Shown: one piece after another, positions 1 through 11,800 of the stretch | Position numbering within the stretch: the first letter of the stretch is position 1 | Layout of the letters: each line of letters starts with the position of its first letter | Position numbers and translations under genes: made by a program | Notes under the pieces: generated by a model | What the model was told of the DNA's origin: nothing | Databases searched by the model: none | What the model saw: only the letters and a program-made list of their open reading frames with translations | From: Tetramitus jugosus | Taxonomy: Eukaryota > Protista > Heterolobosea | DNA: 64,000 nucleotides | Direction: 5' to 3' | Assembly (NCBI GenBank): GCA_937625935.1 | Contig: OW569384.1 | Span: 186,001-250,000, forward strand

Positions 1-1130
1 CGCCATGCACTCCAATCCTCTAGTGTGATGCTCGGTATGAAAAACACACAGACAACAGTCAATTGTTGAATGAGAAACAATGAATTCTCTGATATCGTGA
101 TACCTGGTTGTCCGTCTTGACTCTTCTTCATGAACCGCAGAGCAATCATGTAAATGGACAATGAAACAGTTGAAAAGAATGCCAGACTCATTCCCAATCC
201 ATCTCTCCATGTCAAGTGACCCTTGAACAGTTGGACCCAATCAATATACACTTGGAACAAGAAATCGTACCAGTGTCTCTTTGGAAACAGGTGAACTGAA
301 CCTCCAACGACAATCAATGCACCACCAAGAACAGTGATGATCATGGCGGCAACACCCTTCCAATTCCAAGCTTCTCTTTGACTCTCCTCAATCAGTCGAT
401 TTCCCAGACAAAAGGACAGCAAACTCACGACAAACGGTGTCGACAGTGATACGAGCTGAACATTCACTGCCGTAGTGAATTTTGTGGAATACAAGTTGGT
501 TCCCGATCTCAGGATAATTGCCACGATAAAGACAATCAGGGCAATGTATTTCTTGAGACCTGATAGTCTTTGCTTGAGCGATCGCTTTGCTGTTGGCTCC
601 AACAAGGTTTGTGTCTCTTCAGTTACCACAGCAGCTTCTCCTTCATCGACAATGACTTGTGACAAATTGCTTTCTTCTTGAATAGAAGCTTTTGGCTCGT
701 TTCTGTTGCGAAACCGTGTCCACAGAGACTTGAACCAAGGAATCAACAGCACTGGCATATACAACAGGAGAGCTACCAAATTACTCGTGAAAAGCAGAGA
801 CAATGTCGGAATAGGATGAGACACATCATGTTGAAGATATCTTGAGAATGGATGTTGAAGACCAAAAAGCACATGAGACAACAAACACATGGCAACTCCA
901 GTCGTATACTTTACCGATGTCGTCGATGCAGATGACACTGAGTGTTTGTCTTGACGTTTTCTTGATGTAGCTTGGTCACCATCAGCTGATTCATTACGTT
1001 CAGTTACGGTGGCGCCATCGATTGAGTCCATGAGAAGTGGTTCAGAGCTAACACCGTGGTCAACAGTGTGCGAAGTTGCAACAAGTAATGTCTTTTCTTC
1101 ATTTTCACGATTCAACGAAAATGAAGTCAT
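1..1130 (-). CDS. EamA/DMT-family membrane transporter (3' end runs off the window)
   Basis: Translated by hand from ATG at 1130 (MTSFSLNRENEEK...). The frame stays open to position 1, so it is absent from the ORF track. Multiple hydrophobic helices: VAMCLLSHVLFGLQHPF, YIALIVFIVAIIL, VQLVSLSTPFVVSFLSF, GVAAMIITVLGGALIVVG, DGLGMSLAFFSTVSLSIYMIAL, a DMT-like pattern. Confidence 0.7.
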   Translation of the reverse strand, partial: MTSFSLNRENEEKTLLVATSHTVDHGVSSEPLLMDSIDGATVTERNESADGDQATSRKRQDKHSVSSASTTSVKYTTGVAMCLLSHVLFGLQHPFSRYLQHDVSHPIPTLSLLFTSNLVALLLYMPVLLIPWFKSLWTRFRNRNEPKASIQEESNLSQVIVDEGEAAVVTEETQTLLEPTAKRSLKQRLSGLKKYIALIVFIVAIILRSGTNLYSTKFTTAVNVQLVSLSTPFVVSLLSFCLGNRLIEESQREAWNWKGVAAMIITVLGGALIVVGGSVHLFPKRHWYDFLFQVYIDWVQLFKGHLTWRDGLGMSLAFFSTVSLSIYMIALRFMKKSQDGQPGITISENSLFLIQQLTVVCVFFIPSITLEDWSAW

Positions 1131-1594
1131 AATTGGATAGTGTGAATACCTTTGAATGTTCGATGCCGACGTGAGAGCTAGGAAGAGTATGGTTTAGTTT
1201 TCATATGGTTTCAAACAGGCCTGTTTGGCATCAGATAAACTGTTTCCCACAATTCAAATTTTGATTTTTTCCGCTATAAATGGAATGATCAAAGTTGTTC
1301 GACCATTCCACCGCACAATCTGGCGGACCAAATTCTTGTATGGAAATTTCAGTCAACCTTGAATCTAACTTAGAAATCTCTAATTGTCAACATCCTTTCG
1401 CAGTTATTTGATTTCGGAGAATGTCGCCCGGTCAACATCGGTTTTCAGCTGGAATGCAATCCTGTTCATGCACTTCTGAAGCGAAAACTCATGTTCCAGG
1501 GTTCGGAGAACATGCAACACAAGTCCCATTATAAAAACAAAAACAAGCAGGTTGTCCAACCAATCACAAGAAAAAAAACAGAAAGAGCATCATC

Positions 1595-2818
1595 ATGGTC
1601 ACTACTGGTAAGCCAACATTCAAAAAGTATCCATCCATCGAAAATCACTACCGGGAAGAGTTCATGGAACAAGTGTACGAGAGCATCCAACACTTTCATA
1701 GCAAGAACGAAGAGAATCAATTACCAAGACAAGATATCGAATGGGTTTCATCTGAAAAGGTCCACGGATCAAACTTTAGCTTTATTGTGAGGCGCTCTGA
1801 TGAAGACGCAGACAATGTGTCGATTTCTGTTGGAAAACGTTCGGGTATTGTTGCTCCTGATGATAAATTCTTTCCGCAAGCAAGAGCCGCCGTACAGAGA
1901 AAATACGCTGGTGCTTGTAAGAGAGCTTTCGAGGTGTTGAGCCAAGAGTTTGAGTCTGATGACTCGAAACCAATTCGTGTGGAACAAGTGGTTGTTTTTG
2001 GTGAGTTGTTTGGAGGTCAATACAAGACAAAGATTACTGGCCGTGTTCCAATCCAAAAGGGTGTTTATTACTGTGAGGAGTTTGATTTTTATGCGTTTGA
2101 TGTATATGTATCGGGTGTTCCCAAGGTTGCTCGCGAAGAGTCAGAGGAGACTGAAGAAGGAAATTTGGAAGGAGATGGATCATCATCCAGATCTGGAGTA
2201 TGGTTGACTTTTGATGAGGCAGTCCAGTTGTTTGAAAAGGTAGGATTTCATGTCTATTGTAAACCGTTGGCCAGAGGAAAGCTGGCTGACGTGTTGGCCG
2301 TTGCTGTTGCGTTCAACACAACTGTGCCTGCCACATTCTATCCTCACTTGCCTCCTATGGAAGATGGAACAAATATTTGTGAAGGTGTTGTGATTAAGCC
2401 CGCGAATGCGGTATTGCGTCTGCGCTCAGGAGACAGAATTTCCATCAAGAAGAAGAATCCACATTTTATGGAGGTGTCAGCACCAAAGCCACGCACCTCC
2501 AGCGGCACTCAAGAAGGTCCTAAAGGTCCTGTGTTTGAGACAGAAGAAGGAAGGATGGCATATGAGGATTGCCAGCGCTACATTACACCACAACGTCTCA
2601 ACAATTGCGAATCAAAGATTGGACACTTGCACAGGTCCACAGTCGGAAGGTTGATTGGTGCGTTGTCAAAGGATGCCCTAGAAGACTTTATCAAAGACAA
2701 TCAAACCTTGTGGGATTCTGTCAAACGGGAAGATCAGAAGTTAATTACGAAGAAACTCTCAGTGCTCGCACAGGAGATGGTCAAGACTCAAATGAAACAA
2801 CTCAACGCAGCAGTCTAA
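1595..2818 (+). CDS. ATP-dependent RNA ligase, Rnl2 family (T4 Rnl2 / RNA-editing ligase-like)
   Basis: N-terminal FKKYPSIENHY. Nucleotidyltransferase motif I EKVHGSNFS, III FGELFGG, IIIa FYAFDV, IV EGVVIKP, V SIKKKN. Rnl2-specific C-domain YITPQRLNNCESKIG...SKDALEDF. Confidence 0.88.
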   Translation: MVTTGKPTFKKYPSIENHYREEFMEQVYESIQHFHSKNEENQLPRQDIEWVSSEKVHGSNFSFIVRRSDEDADNVSISVGKRSGIVAPDDKFFPQARAAVQRKYAGACKRAFEVLSQEFESDDSKPIRVEQVVVFGELFGGQYKTKITGRVPIQKGVYYCEEFDFYAFDVYVSGVPKVAREESEETEEGNLEGDGSSSRSGVWLTFDEAVQLFEKVGFHVYCKPLARGKLADVLAVAVAFNTTVPATFYPHLPPMEDGTNICEGVVIKPANAVLRLRSGDRISIKKKNPHFMEVSAPKPRTSSGTQEGPKGPVFETEEGRMAYEDCQRYITPQRLNNCESKIGHLHRSTVGRLIGALSKDALEDFIKDNQTLWDSVKREDQKLITKKLSVLAQEMVKTQMKQLNAAV

Positions 2819-2881
2819 GTTTTTGAGGTCGATGGACGTATTCGAATTGAATAAATGAATCAACCTAATTGGTCTTTCTAT

Positions 2882-3982
2882 TCATTTCACCACATTGTTG
2901 TTGTCCAGCATGGATGGGTGCCTCATCCGAATGGACACACGGTGTCTTCCAATGACTGATATGGCAGGATAGTACAAGATATCTCGTGTTGGAATGTCTT
3001 GTATGGTGTGGAAGTACTCGTTGTTCTTGAAAAGATACATAGATGCGTTGCCTGAGCGAGTTAGATTCTTCAGGTCGAGTTTCATCGATATTGTGTCACC
3101 AGTGCTGAACTTGAATTTCTTCTGATTCAGAATCGATGAATTCTTCTTTTTGCCTACGTGGGCTATATGTTGACCAATATTGTAACTGACACCCGTAGTG
3201 GAAAACCCTATAATGGCGTTCAGGGGTGCTTCAACAAATCCAAACGTACTTCTCTCAATTCCAACAAATATTCTATAGGCGTTGTAGTCCCCATTGTCAT
3301 GCTCATCCAGGCTGTACTCCCAACAATGCACCACTCCCATGACAAGTTTTCTACTGGCTCGTATGGTGTACCACTGGTTGATTTTCTCACAAGATATTGT
3401 CCTGTTATGATTGTGCATTTGGATGTCAGAGTTTGCTGTTCTTGTATCGGGATCCCAATGAATCATGTTTAAACAAACTAGTTCCCTCCACATGCATCTG
3501 TTCAATGTTGACAAACCATCAGTTGCCATTCTTCCATCATTTGTCGTGACCACATTTGACAATGTCACCTTGTGCTTTTCTTCATCTTGAGAACAATCTG
3601 TCTCTCTCAATTCCATTCCCTTTTGAAAGGATTCTTCAATTCCCTCCTTCTCCTTCAATTCTTCAATGTAAGCTTTAATTATGTCTTCATTGTTCAACCC
3701 GAGTTGACAAGCGATCAATTTCCACACGTAGATATCGGCATCTGAGCTCAGCACCAAGTACGCTCCATGCTGACAACTCAATGATACTTGATACAGATCT
3801 GACATGGTCAAAAAACTCAACATGTACATTTGCAGATCACATGACAATAGTTCAAAAATATTAGCGGTCAAAAATTCTTCTTTTTCTTCCATGTGCTCAC
3901 TATATTGTTGTTTGTGCGTTTTGGCTGGTGCCTGGAGAAAAATGGCGCGCGTTGTAGAAGTTGAAAGATTCGTTTTCAACAT
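2882..3982 (-). CDS. F-box + SPRY/B30.2-like domain protein
   Basis: F-box-like IFELLSCDLQMYMLSFLTMSDLYQVSLSC. SPRY-like C-terminus (VHCWEY...IFVGI...GDTISMKLDL...YYPAISV). The start could be the downstream Met (MEEKEEF). Confidence 0.75.
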   Translation of the reverse strand: MLKTNLSTSTTRAIFLQAPAKTHKQQYSEHMEEKEEFLTANIFELLSCDLQMYMLSFLTMSDLYQVSLSCQHGAYLVLSSDADIYVWKLIACQLGLNNEDIIKAYIEELKEKEGIEESFQKGMELRETDCSQDEEKHKVTLSNVVTTNDGRMATDGLSTLNRCMWRELVCLNMIHWDPDTRTANSDIQMHNHNRTISCEKINQWYTIRASRKLVMGVVHCWEYSLDEHDNGDYNAYRIFVGIERSTFGFVEAPLNAIIGFSTTGVSYNIGQHIAHVGKKKNSSILNQKKFKFSTGDTISMKLDLKNLTRSGNASMYLFKNNEYFHTIQDIPTRDILYYPAISVIGRHRVSIRMRHPSMLDNNNVVK

Positions 3983-4021
3983 TATTTGCTCAAGAATTGT
4001 GGATGGAGCGAGAGATACACA

Positions 4022-4809
4022 ATGTCGTTCACAAGTGTTAAAGAAATTGGAATCGTTCTTGATATGAACTCAAATTATCGGAGAACGATGGAAGATGGCT
4101 ACTGTTTTGTCGACTGTTTCAGGGGTAGACAAAGGACGCATTGTTTGCTGTTTTCGATGGTCATTTTGGTAGAGCGGTTGTTGATATCTTAGAAAGTACT
4201 TTCCATGTGGAATTGGCCAAAGCTCTGGATGCATCTGGTGAGGGAACTCCGGACAAAATTCAAGAGGCTATCGCAGCTGCATATACAAAGACAGATCAGA
4301 GAACCAAAGGAGTGGAAGGTGGCTCAACATGTGTGAGTTGCCTAGTGATTTCTGATCCAGACAACTCTCGAGTATTGTATACTGCCAATTGTGGAGATTG
4401 CAGGGGAGTGTTGTATATGGGTGACACAGTACACATTCTGACCTATGATCATAAGGGAACAGACCCTAACGAGATTAACAGAGTTATAGATGCAGGAGGT
4501 AGAATCAAACGTGGACGTGTGAACACACAGTTGGCTGTCACAAGAGCATTTGGAAATCACAAATGGAAGCAATATGTTATCAGTGAGCCTTTCCAGACCA
4601 AAAGTTCATTGAATAGTAGTTTCTCACTATTGATTCTTGCAAGTGATGGTTTGTGGGATGTCATTGGGAATGAAGAAGCCGTTGACTTCTGTAAAGTGAA
4701 ACTCCAAGCCCAACGATTGACTGCTCAAGAGTGTGCACAGGGACTGACTGACTTGGCCAAAGAGAAGAGATCCAATGATAACATTACTGTCATTGTTGTG
4801 GTATTGTGA
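4022..4809 (+). CDS. PP2C/PPM protein phosphatase, split by an apparent 1-nt frameshift near 4131-4133
   Basis: RRTMED lies in the frame starting at ATG 4022. LFAVFDGH, GST, ANCGDCR, LAVTRAFG, SDGLWD and DNITV lie in the frame starting at 4141. Adding one A to the caaag run at 4130-4134 fuses them (FRGRQKDALFAVFDGH). Confidence 0.8.
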
Positions 4810-5879
4810 CCAAGAAGATAGACATTTGGCTTTTGTAGTTTGTGTCTTTTCCAAATCACTATTAGATACTATACATTGTTATGTTTGAATAAGTGAATAC
4901 ATTGTATTATCATATGAAACCCTCACCATGAAAATCTATTATAGAACAATTTACCAGAAGAATCGATTCAGCACTCTCACCGTTGTTCTCCAGTTTAATT
5001 ATTCTTGTTTGACGAATTACAGTTCTTGGATGCTTAGGACCGTAGTTCGTCAGTGATAAACTGTGAAATTCAAAATCTTTTGACTGTCAATATGTACCAA
5101 GCTAGAGTAGATGAAGTTTGTAGAAAGTATATTCGACACAGGGTGTCACTAAATGAATTAGAAACAGTATCTGGTTGATCAGATGTATCGTATTTATTGC
5201 TTTTAGACGGAGGTCACAAATTCGTCCTTTATTCTATAATGCACTGTCTGATTCAATTAGTGATCACTTATGACTCCTAGAGTTTGGATTGTTGGCTAAA
5301 CAACTATCATTCTGATTACCGTTACAGACATGACAGAAGAATTCTGGAAGATAACTCGCTAATAGAAAAATTGCAAGAAAAGGGCAGAGGGTAACCCTTA
5401 CCCTGGTGGCTTCATGCTCAGTTCCACAATCACTTTTTGTTGAACTCTTATCGATCTGAAATTTGAACGATGCGATTCATTTGTGCGACCAGAAAGGTGT
5501 TATTATTCCCCGCCCTTGACCGCTGTCACACATCAGACATCAATGTCGAAAAGTGTAACCGCCACTGAATTTTTGGGGTTTGGTGCACCTTGGACCCTTC
5601 CCGAACTGCGCCCATGTTGCCAAACAACAAAACACTCTTGTTAAACAACAGTAACAAACACAACATCAACACCAAACAAGTCGTTTATCGAATAGTCGTT
5701 GCTTCTTCAGTGCTGACAATCCCTCAATTCTTCTTCTTCTTCTTTTCACACAACAACAACAACAACAGCTAAGAGAGCAACACACACGACTCCTCAAATT
5801 TGGTCATCATCATCACGTACTATAACAACGATCACCACACCACAAACCGAAACTTTGATTTTTTTGAAACAACCATAAC

Positions 5880-8800
5880 ATGTCATCACCACAAGATAAA
5901 GTCATTGATGATTTGATTGCTGGTCTTATTCGGATCACCACATCACTCGTAAGTGTGAAAAAACAATAATTCTCACTTGCTCTCTCTCTCTTTTTTTGTG
6001 TGTGTTGTTCATTGACATGATGTTGAAAAAAAAAGATGGAAAGCTAACACATAGCGCTCTACAATTTTTTTTGTAACGTTTCACTCTCTTTGATGACAAC
6101 ACAAAAAACACATATTTATTCATTTATTAGCTTCCATTTTCTTCCAAAATTACTACGACGAGCAGAATTGGCGACTTGAGACAAAATGCCAATTCGTTGA
6201 TCAAGCTCTCCAAATACAAATTGGACAGAGTGGTCGAAGGCCTACTGCACCTGCAGGCAGAGTTGATCAAGAGCTATGAAAACGCAAAGCAATTAGAATC
6301 TGTATCACTATCCAGCAACTCACACAACTCACTCACATCGAGCATCTCCAGTCCCACAGGTGCATCTTCACCGAGCAGCAGCACCGGTGGCAACGCAGGC
6401 AGTCACAATAGCATCAACGCCAACAACCTAAACAATAGCACCAGTAACAACAGTGATCGCAACAGCAGCAACAACAGTGCTAACAGCAGCAGCAGCAACA
6501 GCTCAAACTCTGGCAACAGTGCAACCAATAGTGGTTCAGGATTGTTTGACGATCCACAGAACGAAGACGTTTTGCACTCGAGATACATTCGATCCAAAAT
6601 CATTGTGTTCCAACTGTTTGTCAAGACATTGTCCGCTGCGATCAATCATGACAAGTTTGACCTTCGATTCGAAAACGATTTCTTGAATGAGAGTCTCTAC
6701 GGCACAGGCAACAAGGACGATGAAGACGATGGTGCACAACAAGAAACACTAGAGCAGTTGCTCAAGAAGCAAGCAGAGGAGAAGATGAGTCAACACACGA
6801 TTCAAATCTCCACCACTGGCGACGTGGATCAACTCCAGTTCGATACACAGTCCGAAATGTCCGACAGCACGAATCCGCATGCAAGCATAGACCTGACTGG
6901 TTCATTGATGCGCGCTGCTAGCAGTGGAAATTTGTTTACTGCCACGTTGGGCAACCAGAATGCGCAACAGCAGCAACATGCTGATGGAGACAAGTTTGAT
7001 GAGAGCAGATTGCCAAAGTTGGACCCTTCATTGACTCAGTCTTTGTTGAGATACATTATCGACACTTTGTGGCCATCGTCCGATAACACGAGAGACAAGG
7101 ACAAGGGCTATTTGAATGAGAGAGTGTTGAAGCACTTGGCTGCCAGAGCACTATTTAAGTTGTCTATTCTGAGCTTTGATGTCGTCTTTGCCAAGGTTGA
7201 GGACTTTTTCAAGAACATGAAGCAGGACGAAGTCAGTATTCCAATCTACAGCATGCTCGAGTACATTAACTTTGATCGAACAAAGACTTCACGACTGATT
7301 AGCTTGCTCGTTGACTCTTCTTCCAAATTCAAGAAGAATGCAATTGTCGCACTGGCGTATCCATTGCGCAAAGCCATCTGGAACTATATTCTCAATTTCC
7401 CTCAACAGTTCATATCTGACTGCGCAACAAAGAGTCCAATGCCAGGCAATCCAATCAAACTGTTCCAGGTCATTGCTGAGAAGAAGCCAAAGAAGACACC
7501 ATCGATTTGGCCACTGCAAACAATGATTCTGTTATTGTGCCCACAGGCATTGTCCGACGTCATCATGTTGATCAAGACTGGAAAGACAGATAACAATTAC
7601 AAGAAGGAGAGAAAGTTTTTGGAGTCTCTGATCAAGACACTGAAGACCAAGGGTGAACGTGTTGATTATGCTGTGATGTGCTTTGTTGATTTATACAAGG
7701 CATCCACCTATCTAGAAAAGGGCGTTCCTCACAATCTGAGACTGTTGATTGCCCAAGTTCAAAATATTGTTCTCGATCGTCTCTTCAAGAATGTTGAAAG
7801 TCCAGTGAGAACACTGGACGGTAAGATTGATGTGACTCTGATGGTCGATTTCTTAGTTAGTGCCTACAGAATCAATCCCCGATATGTTGTATCATACATT
7901 TTCCCATACTGTCTAAGAGGCACTGGCCTTCATAAGCTCGTGTTTGCCAAGGGTATGCTCCAATTGGCACAGGAAGGTGCTGTTTTGCCATTCCATCCAA
8001 CTCTCTCGCAATGCTTTGCACACATTGCCAAACCTGTTCGTCTGCTTTTCCAAGACTTGTTGAACGAAGAGAATCAACAACAGACCTTGAGAGCCAGTCA
8101 ACAGAAAGAAGCTGCCAGTAATCCAAAGGCCAAAAAGCATCAAAAGGATGCCGAACCAAGCTACTGTACAGAAACCTTGTTGAATTTGTTGGCAGTGTTC
8201 TACACTGAGCCTAGACTCGTTTTGGAGAACACTTCTGGTGCCAGTCATATTACAGATATGATGTATTTGTTCGCATCTTTGACTACTTGTCTTGGTGGAG
8301 CAAACAATGTTCAGATTCAAAATCAAGCTTACAGACTGCTCGAAAAGTTCTTCGATGTCAGATATATCATTCAGTGGTTGCCTGATGATATCGTCACTGG
8401 TTTCACTGAAATTTCATCATCTGTCATGGTCAAGCTCGCTTTCATTCTTTTGAATGATGTGAATATCAAGGGCAATGACATTAAGTCCATTCTGAGTTTG
8501 TTGAAGGAAATTACTAGTTCCGCCAACAAGTTTATTGAACAACACAGAGACAATATCAATGAAGCTCACTTGAAGGGTCGTAAGCGTATCGAAGCCATCG
8601 GAGGTATTGAAAGTGCACTCTTGGTCATGTTGTGTAGCACAGAACATGATGTGTTGACAACTGCGGCCTCCTGCTTTGGTGACTTGTGTAACCAGATTGA
8701 TATTTTGGGTGCCAAGGAAGTCAAGGGTCACAACTCCATTGCTCTCAATTATGAGTTGTACAGAAAGATTGCATCGCTACCATCAAACATCAAGAACTCC

Positions 8801-11800
8801 CAGGATTTGAGATCTGAGATCTTCAAGTTGTTGCGTCGTGTGGAAGTCAAGTCAAAGGCCAATATTGCTGCCTTCCTTGATGTCAATCCTCGATGGAAGA
8901 ACTACACGAAGAATATTATTAGTGCCCAATTCAGAATGAGAGACAGCAAGGATGATTCTGCTGGTAGTTTGAAGGTCATGCAGAAGATGTGGGTCAACTA
9001 CACCACTTTCCTCTGTTCCATCTGTGGTTGCTTGCTCAGCAGTGATAACTCATATGTGAAGAGTCGTCTCAATACGAGAGAAATGACTGAGGATCTTGTC
9101 AAGGAATTAATGCCTCTGTTGATCGCTGATGATCCTGAGATGAGAACTGCCGTTGCTAACATTATTGGTTTGCATCTATCTCCTGCTGCTTATGGTCTCT
9201 TGTTCCACAACTTGCACTCCATTATCGGCAAATTCTTTGGTGAGGAGGGAGCTGTCAAGGTGTCTGCAACATCTACACTCTATGTCGACATGATCATGAC
9301 CATCATGAAGATTATTATTATGCAAGCAAAGGAGAATTCTGCTGATTTGGCGTTGGCCAATTTCGAGACTTTGATTTATTCATTCGTCCAATATTGCTCG
9401 CAACTGGTTCTGAATGCTGAAAACGATTTCATCAAATGCAAGCTCTGCATGATGATTGATCTCGTTCTCGAGAAGAGAGAGTACATCACATTCAGTAATG
9501 AGATTCAATTCAAATTCCAGGTGTTGCGATCGATTGTCGAATGGACCAGCGACTTCGCCTCCAAATACAAGGATAACAATGGTAAGAAGTCTGACACTGT
9601 TGATCCATCCATTACTCTTGATGTCTTGTGTATGAAGGTCATTGCTGGATTGCTCAAGAATTTGAATCTTGCAAAGCTGAAGAGAGAAAAGGGATCTGGA
9701 AAGGAGAGAAACGAAGCAAACAAGAAGGAATTCTTGAAATACTTCCAATTTTTGTCTAGAAATCTATTGAAGTCTAAGGATTCTATGAACAGTGAAGCAT
9801 CCCGAAAGTTCCGTGAGTTCAACATCTTGGCTCTCGGTAACTTGCTCGAATCCAACATGAGTTTCGGTTTGGAACACTTTATGAAGATGGCTTACGACGA
9901 AGATCAAGAAACTCGATCTGCTTTCTTGTCCGTGCTCACCAAGATCATGAAACAGGGTATCCAATTGGAATCCGAAACATTTACCGAACCTCAAGAGAAG
10001 TATGAGAAATTGATGAAGCTGTTAATGGATAATAATCTTGAGATGGTGTTCTTCATCTTGAAGTCTGTCTCTGTGTCTGAACAGGATGACCTATGTAAGG
10101 CATTTGTTAAGTTGTTTGCCGCTCAGGGAGATATCATCAAGCTGTTGAAGACTGCTATTGATCACGAGGTCGAACAAACAATCCAAGCAAGTACTCTGTT
10201 CAGAGCAAATAGTTCCGCCAGTAAGATGTTGACATCTTTCTGTCAAATGTATGGCAAGGACTACATGAACGAGGTATTGTCTTCTCTAGTGAACGGCATT
10301 ATTGGCAACTCATCCAACTATGAAATTGATCCTTCTAAAGTATCCAAGGATGATGACATTGAGAAGAATTTGGCCAACTTGATGGAAATGAGTCAAAACT
10401 TCCTCGATTCCATCTTTAACTCTGTTGAATCTTGCCCAATGCCAATCAGACTCATCTGTAACTATTTAGGTTCAGCTGTTGAGGCTAAGTTCCCTTCGAA
10501 CACGCCTGATGAAGAGAATCCAGATGAGGCAGAGGAGAAGGGAAGCGAAGAAGACGGTCAAACCAATGGACACAAGAGAAAGTATGTTGCTATTGGAGGT
10601 TTGTTGTTCTTGCGTTTCTTGAACCCTGCTATTGTGGCTCCAAAGGCATACGGTATCGTTACTGATCAACCAAATCCTCAAGCCAGCAGATGCTTGTTGT
10701 TGATCTCCAAGCTCGTCCAGAATATTGCCAATGGTGTCAAGTTTGGTGGTAAGCAAGCATATAAGGAGGCATTTATGAAGCCATTGGATCCATTTGTCAT
10801 CTTGAATTTCACTTTGTCCAGAAATTTCTATGACAAGATTGCTGATGTACCTCTCGATACTCAAATCCAAGAGTCACTTCCAATTGAAGAAGAAGCCAGA
10901 ATTCAAAACTTCCTCGTTTTGCACAGATTCTTGTTCAACAACATTGATAAGATGCAGTTGAAAGCTCAGGAGAACGAAAGAGAAAGTGTCGAAAAATTAG
11001 CTTCTCTCGTGTTAGAATTGGGAAGACCTCCTGAGATTGAGAAGTTGATAACAAGCTCTGCCCCAGCGCACGGAGAGTTCTCCAATCCTGTGTTTGACAA
11101 CTTTATGAATCAGATGAAAAACAGAAACATTGATATGTCCGCTATTGAAGAGAAGCAATTCTTCTTTAAGAGTGGTGTGTCTAAATCTCAAAAACCAGTT
11201 GTCTACTTCATCTGTAGAAAGTTCGAAGGTATTGACAATGATGAAAGTCATGAGTTGGCAATGTATCACGTCTTGAGCACTTTGCAGAGTGTTTTCGTGA
11301 AGCCATTTGAAATTCTGGTGGACTGTACCGAGTTCAGAGAAGATCATGGTTTGCAATTGGCTCACTTGTCCAAGTTCTTCAAGTTCTTACCAGCCGGAGC
11401 CAAGAAGAACACCTCTCGAATTATTGTGTATAATCCAAACAGCTTCTTGAAGGATTCGTTCTCAAAGACTATTCAAGGCAAACTGCTGACTCGTAAGAGC
11501 ATTAAGAAACTCGCTCTCTGTTCTTCTATGAAGGAACTCAAGGAGTATATTGATGAGAAGAATTTGGCTCTGCCTGAAGATTCATACAGCTTTGAAAAGG
11601 ATGTTCAAACTACCTTCTCCCCTGCCTGGGTCGTTGCATCCCATAACCACATCAAGGAGGCATCCGTCAAGCTCAGCAGCAACAAGGTCTGTATCATGAC
11701 CAAGAAGGACACAATCTTTGGATTGACTGCCAGATTGGTTGAGTTTATCGATATCACAAAGATCAGTGCAAGAATCGAGTACAACCAAAATGATAACAGC

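Noticed and set aside
5395-5600. Sm-site-like AATTTTTGG (5568-5576) followed by a hairpin, with ccttaccctgg upstream: possible snRNA
   Set aside because: No U1-70K/U1A loops and no U2, U4 or U5 signature sequences. More simply the NF1 promoter region.
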